A DNA stretch of 54,487 nt, filler included, from Sphacelaria rigidula (taxonomy: Eukaryota): NCBI GenBank assembly GCA_964200075.2. It is 4 parts of 4 records of this genome, joined end to end, with 100 filler letters (N's around TTAATTAATTAA, not from the genome) between each part and the next. Parts side by side here need not be neighbours in the genome. Positions count along the whole stretch, not along the records: positions 27,295 to 40,841 come from CAXNAA020002814.1; positions 40,942 to 54,487 come from CAXNAA020002815.1; 2 more parts are not named here. One strand, given 5' to 3'. The notes beneath the pieces are model-generated. The model did no database searches, had not been told where the DNA came from, and worked only from the letters and a program-made list of their open reading frames with translations. The translations under genes were made by a program, and so were the position numbers. This document shows positions 37,620-50,525 of this stretch, piece by piece (position 1 is the first letter of the stretch; each line of letters starts with the position of its first letter).

Positions 37620-39949
37620 CTGTTGAGTAAATTGCAAAACAGTTCAGGGGAGTTCGCGGTGCGCGCCTACGTCACTTGTACGGCGGGATTGACGTTGTAA
37701 AGCCCAGTTTTTACAATAAACTAGTTGATACCTGAACAGATCGTCTGAACACATTTGGCCTTACAGTTGCAAGAGTGATGCTGAGTAGGGCTTGCACTGT
37801 TTTAGCGAACAGTTTTCTCGGGGCTGCTCGGGGTGTTGGACGGGTTATTTTGAGAATCAGCATCATTTTTACTTGAAAAAGACTGCACATGATGCCAATT
37901 CACGAAAAGAATCCTGCGTGCAAGCACAATGTTTCTGGGAGTCCGGTCCTCGGAGATTTGGGTTGCACAGTGAGCCCCATATATTTCAGCTCCTACAAAA
38001 AAGAGACCCAGAAACAAAAAGTGTAACCCCTACCATACCATTGCTCGTGATCCGAAAGCGTATTTCGTATTTGCTCAACTCCCGAGGCAACTAATAGTGA
38101 TTTGTAGGTCGGTGTTATGCACGGCACAAGCAAGCACTTCTTCAAAAACAATGTCGCTAGACGATACTGATCCGAAACAAGTCTTGCTGTTGTTGTTGTG
38201 GCATGTGAGAGAGTGTCCCGAGAACGGATGTGGAGCCGATATTTCGGTGTTTCAAAAACCAGAAATAGCTGAGCCCGGTCGGTACAGAAACATACATGAT
38301 CGCTCCAAGTACACGTGATCAGCTGTGTCGAACGTAACTTCACATGGCCATCTCTGAGCTGGGCATAAGCATCACCTGACCATCTTCGAAACGGAAGGTA
38401 AACGTGAATTTTTCATGTGACTGTCACGGAATCAGGCGCGAGCCTCATATGACCATGTTTGAACACGATCCTATGAGGACAAACCTCATATGGCATCCCT
38501 GAAGCGGGTATGAGTGTCCCGTGGCCCTTTTTGTACCGATTCGGGAACATGGATATGAGCAGAAGACACGTCTACCTCCGGCCACGTGAAGATCCTTGCT
38601 TATTTGTTGCCTCCGCAGATGAAGGCAGGGCCTCGTCTCCCTGTCCTCTCGCTTGTTCGACGGATGAAGGTGCAATCACCTCAGGCATATATTTTTTTTC
38701 AGACGAAGGTATTCCTCGTTCCGTCCGGTATGCTTTGAACAGTACAGATGATGAAGATCCCATGGTCTCTGGCATTTCTCTTCGAGTCTGAGACGAAGGC
38801 TGGACCTCAGGCGCTAACGAAGCTCAGTGTGTATCGTACATATGAAGGTGCCCGTGCCTCGGGCACCCATCCCCGATCTTCAGGCGAAGGCATTGCCTCA
38901 CGCATCTGGTTCAATGCTTATACCACAGATAAAGATTCCTCCATAACTCAGGCATTATTTATGGATATTCTGGTGAAGGCATTGCCTCATGGGCCTGGCT
39001 GGTGCAGCCACCGGTGAAGGCGTGTCGACCTCACGCATTGTCCGTGATATTCAAACAACGTTCAACAAAATGTTCGCGAGAGTGGGAATGAATTTCGTTT
39101 TTTCGGAACGTTTTTTTTTTTTTTTTTTTTTTTTTATTGCCCTTCAGTCGTTTCCCCCCTCCAAGCCCGTGATCTGACGTGTCTTTTTTTNNNNNNNNNN
39201 TATGCATATGTGGGCAAAGGGTTCGCGGGAGGGGGATGGCTTGTCGTGCTGCCGGAGCGTTTTTTTTTTTTTGCGATTTACAGAATCGCCCGAAAGTCGT
39301 CACCCCCCTGAAAGCCCGTGATCTGACGGGAATTTTGGCGCAATCATATTCAAAACCGGTGACGCATTCCATGAGATACAGCCGCAAACATAAAAAAACC
39401 TCTCCTATTCTGTTGTGGACTCATTTCCCCTCATAACTTTGCGCTGACCTCATCGATTTTGAATCTTTTCGCACCAAATTTCCCGCCGGATTACGAGGCT
39501 CCCAGGGAGGTGACGGCCTTTTCGGACGATCCGACAACGCCTTGGTGCAAATCACGAACAAAAAACATTCCGAAAACCAAAACCTGTTCCTAATCTCTCA
39601 CACATGTTGTTGTTCCTGTTTCTGACGCGTCATCGGGGCTGCCCTTTTTTATCTCAGTCACCACAAGACGGATGCCAAACGTAGGCTGCACAGTGTCCTC
39701 GTTGCCAAAGACGTCGTCCTGTAGCACATGCTTACTAGATGCGATATCCGTCCTGTCCATCCATACTAATCCCGTCGCGGGATATCGTGTTGCTCGCATT
39801 TTGACTAGTGGCGGTTTTGTCGACGTTCCGGGTCTTTCCCTGGCTAGTTGTCGTGTCCTGAGCGTCTCGTGCTCCTCGACTGTGTTTCTTCTTCTCGTCT
39901 TTTCGCTTTACATGTTGCATCTGGGCGCACTCGTGAATCAAGCCTCATT

Positions 39950-40640
39950 TTGAGCCACTCGCTCCTGCTTTAGACTCTCTCAAGCGCTTCACAAGCGTAC
40001 CTCTCTCGTCTCACCCGTAGCACACCTTGGACGACTTTTGATGAAACTGTCGCCGGAAGTATCATTTCGCCATCAGGTATCCCCGCCCTGATACCCCGCA
40101 AGCGGGTTCGTGCGGTGACCACCCGGAGGCTCGGTTAAACTCCCTTACGGCAGTCATGTGAGGTAGGCGCCTCGAGCGTTCGCAAGCTTCGCTCGAGGCA
40201 GTGTGGGGGTCCGACCCACTGACCCCCCCCGTCAACTTGACGCAGTGCACGCGCCGCCCTACCTACTCTTATGAGCTTTGGCCCCATGTCTTTCGCCCGG
40301 TGCTGGTCATCTGATCTAAACTTGGGCCCGGTTCTATGAGAATCTGTCCTCAGATATTCTCACTCGCTGGTCAATCCAACTAGTAGAGCATGTGTCTTCG
40401 AAACATTGGTCACTCGCAATTTCTCCCATGACGGCGAGCTCGTTTATCAGGAAATGAATCTTGGCGATGAAAGTATCGGGGTCGCTCCCCGGGTCCACGT
40501 GGATCGAATCTCCCGTCTATATGGCAATGCGGCAACGTTGCCTACTTGAGTTCTGCTACTTGTCGAGAAGTGATGTCCAGGCGTCTTGTCCGTCGACTTG
40601 ATATTTAGATGTTAGCTGTTGTTCGTGTCCACTACTTCAA
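39950..40640 (-). mobile_element. gag: Decayed Ty1/copia LTR retrotransposon gag fragment
   Basis: Minus frame reads VDGQDAWTSLLDK*QNSSRQRCRIAI*TGDSIHVDPGSDPDTFIAKIHFLINELAVMGEIASDQCF, then after a frameshift LLVGLTSE*EYLR. This is the copia gag pattern (AW..L..KY...; ...DPD.F......L..MGE; ...GL..EY). A degenerate zinc-knuckle-like stretch (KVCYG*DERG) lies downstream. Contains in-frame stops; boundaries approximate. Confidence 0.75.
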
Positions 40641-40841
40641 GCCTTGAAATCATATGCTAGAAGGAACGACTGTGCTGCACCGCTCATGGTCAGGTAAAGG
40701 GCGCCCAACAGTTTTTCGTCCGCTTTCTGTCAGTCTCGAACGGCAGTTGTATTTATTGCAGTCGGTGTTCCCGATGCGTTGGTTTTTTTCTTCGTAATGT
40801 ATGATTTCCACCGTGGAAAGCGTGAGAACGTGAGTAAACAA

Positions 40842-40941
40842 NNNNNNNNNNNNNNNNNNNNNNNNNNNNNNNNNNNNNNNNNNNNTTAATTAATTAANNN
40901 NNNNNNNNNNNNNNNNNNNNNNNNNNNNNNNNNNNNNNNNN
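40842..40941. other. Artificial contig linker (N44-TTAATTAATTAA-N44)
   Basis: Same 100-bp structure as the linker at 13548. Confidence 0.98.
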
Positions 40942-41694
40942 GGGGGGGGGTGGGGTCGCTTGTGTTGGGGGGGGCCGTGGCGGTGGGAGGAGGGACGAGG
41001 GGGCGGGGTAGGGGGGGGGGGGGGGGGGGGGGGGAAGAAGAGTGGCATGGGACGCAGGAGATTCGCGAGTGCTTGGACACGTGGTCATCAAGCAGATCCC
41101 AACCGGCACGAGAGGGAAAGGAAGGGACGTGGAATAAATGGGAAATGACGATCTCGAGCAGACAGGGTACTTCCTGGTGATGACAACCCCCAATAGTCTC
41201 CAATGTATACGCTCCCTGCGTGGGAGTGAAGAAGGCAAACGGTATGTCTTCAGTCAAAGCATGATGGGGCGATGCGCAGGAACGCACTCTTGTCGTGAAC
41301 GTATGTGGACCTTGGATGTAGCCTATTTCGCGCGAATGACGCCGAAAAATGTTGAGTACAAGTACAAAATACAGTTGCAGTAAGACCTCGACCACAAAAA
41401 TTACCCCGCAAGACCGAAAGATCAAGAACGTTCTTTGAAACGTCGACTCTGAGAAGACGCCAGCGAGGTAATGTCTGGTCTCTTTCGCACCACGGTCGCC
41501 TTTATCGGGCAACGTGGCAATGATTGCATGCAACAACGTTCTTCGAGCGCCGTGAATCCCATGGGCCAACAGCACCCGCGACCCACCGCGAGCGGTGCCT
41601 TAGCCTTCTGCATTCATGAAGCAGGTGAACTGATTACTACACGGTTAATGGACCCTCCATGAGACTACTGCAGACGTCAGACCATCGGACTCAC

Positions 41695-41820
41695 CTCTAT
41701 TCGCTTGTAGTAGCAGTTCTTCCAAAGCAAGAGCTCAACGTCCTTGCTAGCGCAGAAGACAGGATCCATCCCCAGGATCTCGCTATACGCAGCCTTGATT
41801 TCTGTTCGCAGGACTTGCAC
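41695..41820 (-). CDS. SMG7/Est1-family (SMG5/6/7-like, EST1 14-3-3-like domain) protein, second coding exon; gene continues off the contig
   Basis: TAG|GTG acceptor and GAG|GTGAGT donor, 42 codons: VQVLRTEIKAAYSEILGMDPVFCASKDVELLLWKNCYYKRIE. This matches the EST1-domain signature (Y..IL..D..FA...VE..LW...Y..IE). The N-terminal position of the domain resembles SMG7, but SMG6 or SMG5 cannot be excluded without the C-terminus. Confidence 0.85.
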
Positions 41821-42954
41821 CTATTGCACAGCACGACACGTCATGGCACAAAGAATTTGCGAATGTATCAGGAGACGACAATACAGACTCTTCCCATTTG
41901 ACAGGATAGAAAAAACTTTATTGCGTGCTGCATGCCGTTGAAACTGACTAATGAACGACCAAGGCTGAGGCAGTGCGGTGATGCGGCAAGACAACATTTA
42001 ACGGCGAACGGTATTTTGACTACATTGTACTAATATTTTTATGCGGCGCGCTGGGATATTTAGCTCTTTTTCCAACGTGGTCTTCGTTGGGGGTTGTATT
42101 CAAGGTGAGTACTTGAAAATCAATTTAAAAATGCTCCAACAATACCGTCATAAATTGGGGAGCAAGCATAGTAGCTACAAAATTTCGAATGGTTCAGGAG
42201 CTCCCAACGATCCTAGATGCAAGAGACGATGGGTCAGGGCATCCCCGCTTGCAAATTCATTCGGGATGTGCCTATTAATAGTACATTGGGTTAATAATCC
42301 CGACGTACTCTCATATATTATATAAGTCGTGTTTTGGAATTCCAAGCTCAGAAAATATTTGTGCACCCCTACCGTGGCATCACTCCAAAAAGGCTGCTTA
42401 GTTGGAAGATGCGGATTTTTGAACATCAGATGATCAGGGCTTGTGGGACACTAGACCATATTTTCGATCAAAATATGAAAAACTATATCCTACATGTGCT
42501 GTGGGCACTGTGCATCACTGAACCAAGAGTTTTCCGATCTGATGTGCTTCCAGGAATCACGAGAGGCCTTTGGACAACAATTCACCTCGACAGGGCAGAA
42601 AAAAGTTCTCCACATCGTTTTCACGTTTTTCTGTTCTAAAGTTGAACTTCTAGTTCATGGCCACATGGGCCATCAAGGCGCTTTGCGAATGCAAGGGGCG
42701 ACTGAGGTATTTCTCGGTGAGGCCATGCATACAATAATGATAACCGTGTTCTACATATGTGATCCTATACAGTTCCTGATTGAACGTCAAAAAAAAATTG
42801 AATTGTTTCCAAAAATTTCAAACACCACATGGAAAATTCGCACCCGTTCAAGAAAAATCAAGTCGAATTTTGGATACTCACGACGTACTTGGTACTGAAA
42901 AGGGAGTCTGTGGGCACGGGTCCGAGATATCGGGCTAATGTGCGGAAATAATAA

Positions 42955-43087
42955 CAATACATGATCGCTCTCCACTGCTGGACAGGACGTGAGAATTAAA
43001 TCCGAGATCATGCGATTTCTCCGAGATTCGAAACCACGCCTTAAACGTTAGAGGAGAACCAGATTACCAACTGCGCCACCGGGGCGA
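42955..43087 (-). mobile_element. SINE head (tRNA-like part) of the 12479 family
   Basis: Reverse complement reads tcgccccggtggcgcagttggt...gtttcgaatctcg...cagtggagagcgatcatg, matching 12480-12600. Confidence 0.7.
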
Positions 43088-43774
43088 AATGTCTACATTT
43101 GTTTTGCTCTCATGCGATAACTAACCTAATGATCTCGAAATCGAGTGCGGAAAACGCTTCCTCGCACCGATACCCCGAGAGTTTCTCTTGTTTTTCCTCA
43201 GAAGTTGTGAGAAAAAAAAACTGTCTCACACGAACAGCATGTCATCGCATAGTAACACTGCACACAAACGGGACAATAAATGAACGAAAACATGTGACGT
43301 TTTCGCTCCACCGCGGGACGGCTTTTGCATTTCTCCATGGGAAATAACGAACTGAAGCGATGTCACGAGAAAGCACGGCGTGTCACTTCTAGGCGCGCCT
43401 TTGAGCATGGCATGGTCCGAGCACAATGAACAAGTGCGGTAACTGAAGAATTTTTGTGTACGTGAACCAGTGAACGATACAATGTGCGACAAATCACTCA
43501 GACACAAAAAGGTCACTTTTTCAAAATGTCACATCTAACGTGAACCGAGCTGGTGCCTTGCAGGTGCCCACAGACCATGACACACACAGGCGTGAGCAGA
43601 AGTCAATGGGGCCCAGTCTTTCGCGCCCCATCAACGACCAAGCACAGTATCTTGTGAGAGCTGAATGTCATCTTGTGGAAAATAATGGCATCAGACAGTC
43701 ACATACCTGCTGCGGACAGAGGTGCAGTTCATCAGTTCTTGTCACCAGGACGAGTAAAATCAGTGCAAACTAAA

Positions 43775-43895
43775 CCCCACCTTTCTTCTGCGGTGCGCGC
43801 CTTTAATTTCTACCGCGAAAAAGGGTTCAGCGGTCCCTTTCCCTCATCGACCGTCAAGTCGAATTTTGTGTAACCATGGCATAGACGCTTTTCAC
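43775..43895 (-). mobile_element. SINE internal fragment of the 12479 family
   Basis: ttctgcggtgc...gggttcagcggtccctttccctcatcgaccgt...ttttgtgtaacc matches the reverse complement of about 12580-12700. Confidence 0.7.
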
Positions 43896-43977
43896 TCTTA
43901 CCCTTAAAGAGCGAGCGTCGCCTCGAAACAGTTTCACAGACTGAAAGTCCAAAGGCATTTGAGGGTTTTCAGGAGGT

Positions 43978-44286
43978 GGGTTAACCGGCGTTGGGCTACG
44001 ATACATCCATGGTTGAAACATTGTACAACTATCGCTACCCTAACCCTAACCCCAACCCCAACCCAAGGCATACCGAGAACCGTCGGGCAAGGGATGTGCA
44101 TGAGGTTTCCTGAGCGAAGTGCGGCCTTGGTAGACTCCAACTCGGCGCATGATTTTAACAAAAGCGCATTCTGCGCACGCGAGCACACAGGACCGTCAGC
44201 CTTACTGAAGATCTGATTCTCGCTGTTCACAATCACATCGGGTAATATCAACCGTAGACATGTTATACTCAAACGCGGGTTAGCCC
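43978..44286. mobile_element. MITE, second copy of the 4655 family
   Basis: Collinear with 4655-4965 (ctaccctaaccctaacc; aagtgcggccttggtagac; gatctgattctcg), with degenerate TIRs. Confidence 0.7.
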
Positions 44287-44861
44287 TTGGACCGCGATGC
44301 GGGTACAGTAGTCCATCTGGATGACGCATACTTTTTCATGTTAATATTGATGTTCATTCAGCAGGTGACCTACCCTCGCGGTCAAAGGGTAACTTTTCTA
44401 GTGGCCGGAGGGGGGGGGATAGTTTTTGACCAGATTACACGGGTACAAATAAACTGTTTTGTATTCTGCTGCTCAAGGTCTGTGCCGTCTGTCTGACGCC
44501 TCATGTGTCGCCAGCACAGCTTCACACTGTCATGTTGTTGAACACTAAGCAGAGGCATCAGTAGCATGCAGTAAATTGTGTAAGTCGAGAGCGATGGCGC
44601 ACTTATACCGTCTCTTGCCGTTGTATCCAGCGAAGAGATACATCACATATACATACTGATTCTGCACATAATTGACTGCAGGGTCAAAACTGGTCAAAAG
44701 TTCTCCGGGACTATTTACTGTATAGACGCCAAATATCCACATGTTCATGAAAAAGGCATTTTGTGTAGCGAGAAAAGAGCTGTTCCTAACCTCATACGTG
44801 GCATAGTCCAACTCAGTCCACCTGCAGGGGGGGGTCGCTGTCTAAGGGGGTTAAGCGTAAC

Positions 44862-44948
44862 ATGAGAAGGAAAAACCGGGTCGTGTGACTTCACCGAGAT
44901 TCCAACCCACGTCCCTTCAGGTTTTGAAATCACCAACTGAGCCACCGT
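44862..44948 (-). mobile_element. tRNA-like SINE head fragment
   Basis: Reverse complement cggtggctcagttggtga...gggttggaatctcgg has A- and B-box-like motifs but no complete cloverleaf. Confidence 0.6.
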
Positions 44949-47900
44949 CTTGTATGATGAATGCATCTCCTCTTTACAGCCACGAGTCATGTGTATTCCG
45001 AAGAACGATCCAAGAAAGCCCGACACAAATACGTACTGGGCGCAAATTTGCACGCTGGCGCGTAGCTTGTGACGCTTTTTCGGACATGAAGCCCTGGCAC
45101 CAACACATCAATTGTGCCCAAAAAACACACCACGTCACAGTGCCATTTTCGTCAATCTTCGCTTGCACAAAGGAGTTCGGTATTCGGGCGCCAGGATTTC
45201 AAACCAACAACCCAACACACTCCACACCAAAGTGAAATGATAAAACACCTTCCCCCGACGAGCCTTACCCCACAACGTTCACGACAGCAAGTGTGCATTT
45301 TGTTGGGCTATTTTAGGGGCCATGCGTAGTATTTACAACATATTCACCCGATGCATGGCGATTTAGACGCTACGAATCTGTACATAACGTTGTTTCGGTG
45401 CACTTCTTCGCCATCCTTGGAATCTTTCTTTTACTCGCGGCTTAGATTCTGGTGTGCGGAGGTCTAAGCGGACGCGTTTCCGTTACCATAGAGTTGGCTA
45501 TTCTGCATACGGGAAATATATGTGACTGGGACATGCCACATGCACACAATCACGACCCGTGCCAGACTTGGCGATCTTCGGCACGTCAAGATCTCAAGAC
45601 GTGCACGCCATACCAAGTACTGAACACCTCATTGCAGCAGGCAGGTCGCGACAACCCAAAGTGGGATGGGATGCCCACCGGCGTCACGGTCGAAGGACAT
45701 CTGCACTGTAAGCATGTACGACGTGGACACGCCGAACACGGGTTCTCCCGCAGTGTAGCCGGCCTTTCACCTGCACCCGCTTCCAAGAAAAAGCTGAGAA
45801 ATTTATCACATGTTCCAGAGGTTAATACGAAGCCGAGGAATTCGTGAGAACGACCAAAGCCCAATCGGGCTGAAGAGCTGACATGACACCCAGCAATCGG
45901 ATCATGATGCCGCCGCGGAATGACGCCGGTATACGAATGGCAGTGCAAGTAGTCGATAGCCGCCGGAACCAATAGCCCAAGTCCCAACTCCCTTTTATCT
46001 TTTGACTAGGCAAAACCTACTCAGTGAATACCCGACACACATGCGCGTTGAGGTACGTGGCTTCTTTAAATGGTGTGCGTCAAAACCTGACGATCGCCCA
46101 GAGAAAACTCAAAATATCTTTGAAATGAAGCGAGAAGTTTAGGAAAGTAGATTTACTCAGCAGGTCCCGAGGACTTTTTTTTGACGAGTACAAGGAAATA
46201 AGAAAGAAAAAAGAAGAGAGCACGGCTCAGGGCTCCACCCAAACTTGAATCAAAGGGCATGATGCAGATATCTCAATCTGTGATGAGACTTCTACGAATG
46301 AAAGCCCCGAGGCTGGCCTCGTCCCACGACAAAATTCGGGGTATCTGCACGCCTTAACCCACCGGTGTCTAATCTTTCTGATAATGATTGAGAAATCGAC
46401 GGGAGACAGCACGCGAGTAGTGCTTATGTAGTTTGTCGCGCACACCTTCAAGCGTGCATGAAGGAAGCCGAAATCTATCGCGCTTTGGGTGACAAAAAAT
46501 TGCAGGGGATCGCTTTTGTGCTCCTGTGCGTACACCAGGGTCAGTTCAAGGGTGAGCTCTAGATGATGACGCAGTCGATGAAACAACAGTACCCACACAA
46601 TCCGAGCTGTCCGTATGCCGTTCTCGTTCAGTTGTTCTTTGATGACCAGCTTCTCCTTACTGAGAGACAGAAGTAGGCCACGATTTCTGGACATCACCCA
46701 CCCGCCACAACGATATGCAGAGGTACGGGCCAATACTCGATGCACGCACAGGGCCTACCAATCTGCCAGTCCTTCTTTCCGCACGTGGGAGTATAATCCC
46801 GGGTGTGTAAACCTCACGTACACCGAACACTCGGGAACCTACTCTGCAGGCGGGGTAGACATACCAACACATGGCTGTTGCATCGACAGATTCATCCCGA
46901 TCTAGTTGACAAGAAGGATGGACAACGAGACATAGACAACAGTTAGAAACACATGCGAGATATGTTCCAACCCTTTAGAACGCGATGCGGGTATAGTTCA
47001 TCTGGATCATGCATACCTTTTAGAGTGAAATTGATGCCGATTCAGGACATGACCTACTCTTGCGGTCCAAGGGTTACACACGTGTGTCCTGTAGTTTTGT
47101 CGCGACGGGTATACTGTAGCTGCACAGGGCACACCATGGAAGGATACGCAAGCGCTTGTACCCCACGACAGCCACGGTGGAAAACCACCACGACGGCAAG
47201 CCTGGCACCGTTACCGACCGTGTTCTGTCGGTGTGCGTGCATCGACGGGTGACTGCGCGACGCTCTCAACGTTGTACTCGATCGTCCTTGGAAAAGTTTG
47301 TCGGGGTCAGTGCCACCCAGCCTTCTCAGGATCATATGGTCGATTGGACTGGCCAAGTCGTAAATGCTGACCGCTTGGTTTCGGTACCACTCGAACTACA
47401 AAGCCACCGATGATGCTGCACTTCGCATCATGTGGCCAGCAGCGTAGTACACATGTAGTAGTACAGCATTGAGAGCACCGTCTCATGGCGACAGGTCGTC
47501 CAGCACAACTATCATACCGCCCGTCCGCGAAACGTTTGCATTTTGACTGAAAATAACGATTCCGAACCATGACGCCTGCTTACGCAATATTATTGAGTCT
47601 GAAGGGGGGATACCGGTTGAACGGCTAAACCTTCTTGAACTTTCGTACTTTTGTCGTGGATTTCTGACTGCGCTATGTAGTACGAACGACCGTCTGTCTA
47701 CACCTATAGTTGCCCACAAGTACGACTTCGAGCATTGCAAACCCGACAAATGGTTACAGACGGTTGCACGAGCACCAAGCGAGTGGTGAAAACTTTCTTT
47801 TCACGGATGGCTGACTAATCTGATCATTGATTCTTTCTCGCACGCAAAATCACGCGTGCATCGGCCCTACGGCCTAGCCCCGTAGACCATTTGTGTAGGG

Positions 47901-50423
47901 AGGGTTGTCTTATTATAGTTCGCATCACAATTCACGGCAAAACAGCACGAGCACACCTCCCGCCGGGGCACGCGGCTTCAACCCAAACTCTCAGGTAGCA
48001 GCATTCCAGGAATTTTTCAACAATCATCGTGTGGTGAATTCGTGGTCAAAACGGACAAATGTAAGCCGCATGTGATACACGATTGAATATTTGTCGGCAT
48101 GCTCCTCGATGCCATTTATCCAAATAGTAATCACTCGAGTGTAGTTGGGGAGTCATCTACGAAGTCCCTCAACTGGCTATCCATGCGCAAGTTGGACCGC
48201 CGGGGCCCGGCAGTCCATGCTATATCTATGGTAGAGGTGTACATGAGAGCCCTGACGTAAATGTTGACACAAATTGAGAGCAGAGTTGGGTACGGCGATG
48301 TGCTTATGGAGAGGGGGTTCAGAAGCACGCATGCGTTCGTTCGGTGCTGTAGCATGAGACCGGAAGTACAACACTACAGACAGTACTATCTGGAAACACA
48401 TTAGGGTTTCGATGGAGGAGATGTCATGCCTCATGAGTTTTTGTACTTGGGAACGGATTTCCGTGGGTTTGGACATGTGATGCACATGGGGGGTGCTTTT
48501 ACGAAAAACACGTCGCGCCATCCGCCCTGTGCAGGAAACCAAGGTGGCCAATAATTCGTGATCAAATCTGATGTGGATATGTGCACCACAGAGCAATCCG
48601 GCGATATTTCATGCTTTTCTTTCACCCTAGCTTGGCGTAGGTTTAGTTAGCCTGTGACCACGGAAGGCGTCCGCATCAGATGCCCAGTACAGAGCACTGC
48701 GCAGATATCGGAACGGTTTCTAAATAAGAGGACAGCAACTGCAACAACAACGACAACAACAAGTGCACTACAGCACAGCACAGCACAGCACGGCACAGCG
48801 TCATCGCGTCCCCTGTAGTGTCGTACAGAATTATTGGAAGTTGAACAACATGCAGGAACACTACAGCCTGGCAATGAAATACGACGGCTGTTCATACGAG
48901 ATGGCGACGCGCATGTCATGGAACGATGGTCCTGAGATACAGGTGCGCCGATAGGAAAAGGAGGAGGTGGGGGGTGCAATAACTTCGACTCAACCACAGA
49001 GCTCGGGAGTCCCCAGCCCGTGGAAAAGTAAAACAAACATTCGACAGATTCGGCTCCAGAACCCAGAGCCAGAGCGCGTGTGCGTTTGACTCGAAGGGTC
49101 GGTCGCCAGAGCGCGCACTGTGCGCTTCATCCTTGCCTTGCTACTGCTCATCGACGCACGATCGTATTTTGGTTGCTTCACTGCCCACCTGGGCACGAAC
49201 CATCGCGTACTTTGGCCGCTCTTCGAGAGCATGCGCACAAAGACAGCTTGGACACAATAGTAGTATTCATGACCAAACATAAACTTGCAGGTAGTGGTAT
49301 AAGTTACTGCTCGAGAAAAGAACAAGTCAATTAGGTCGCTTGCCAACGACCTGCCCGCCACTCCATCGTTGGTGTACAGGAATCTTCAGCAAAGTCGACA
49401 CATGTTCGTGGACTCTTGGTTGGTGCAAAATTGCAGATAAATGGGTATGAAACCCGAAAGAGAGCATCACGATCCAGACACACGAGACGACGTCACACTC
49501 GGGAAAACCAATGGATCCCCCGACAATCGTTCTGAAGGAAAGTGCGTCAGTTACTCCGCGTTTGTATGATGGGACGCAGAGACTATCCAAGCTGTTTCCC
49601 GTGGCAGACTCATTTTCGGAGCTTCCTCGATGCAGACACCGGAGTACCAGGGTGAGCCACAGAGAAATAGGGTTGACTCCCACCAAAAGTAGGCGATCAT
49701 TTCCGAATAAAGAATGAATTACAAAAAATGACGAGACAAAACTACCCCCAGCAAATATCGAACACAAACTGATCACAAACGGAGACACCTCTACCACCAT
49801 GAATGAACACACGTTCCGAATACTGAAATTTGAAAACGCATGACGACAACATGGACCGCATCGGGACCTCCTCTCCACCAGCATGTTCGCGAGACCTCCT
49901 CAACGGTAACTTGCAGTTCTCAGTGCTTCTGGAAGTACTACTTCTTCTTGGTCTCACGAGGTGATGGGACTGTACCGTCGATTTAGGTCGCTCGGACACC
50001 ATGATCACATAGTATTTTGGGTAAGCTTCAAATTTTTCAATGGTTACAACGCCCGACGTGATCGAAACAATGAATCCTATGTTCCAGCACCTCTCGCCAA
50101 GTGATCACAAGATAAACACGAGTACACAGTTTCCAATTTCCTGGAACGGGGCTAGGCAAGATCATCGCACCCCCACAGAAGACCCCTCGTCAACCATGAT
50201 ATTTTCATCAAACACATGATATGCAAAGATATGTTCAGCACGAACACTAAAACTCAGATAAATCGCAGAAGTCAATTCGCCGCTGCTCTTTTGACTGAAG
50301 TATGGTACAAATATTTATATAGACGAAAATGCCCCTCAGCCCTGTAAAACTGCCCTGTTTGTACTGTTATCTGTACCGAATCAGCAACCACAGCTGCAAA
50401 AAAATATGACCAGGCAGACTCAC

Positions 50424-50525
50424 ATCTCTGGATTCGGACGGCCGTGTCCTGAGCAGCGTCTTCAACTGCTGTTCCCGTTCCTGATTCTGCTGAAAAAGGT
50501 CCTCCACGTGACGCGGGGGAGCCAT
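50424..50525 (-). CDS. SMG7/Est1-family protein, first coding exon
   Basis: ATG at 50525 gives MAPPRHVEDLFQQNQEREQQLKTLLRTRPSESRD (34 codons). Donor GAT|GTGAGT is phase 0 and joins in frame to exon 41820-41695. Confidence 0.75.

Noticed and set aside
42334-42639. PIF/Harbinger-like 'HLLWAL' motif (LHVLWAL) in a 101-aa ORF
   Set aside because: A single short resemblance with no DDE motifs nearby.
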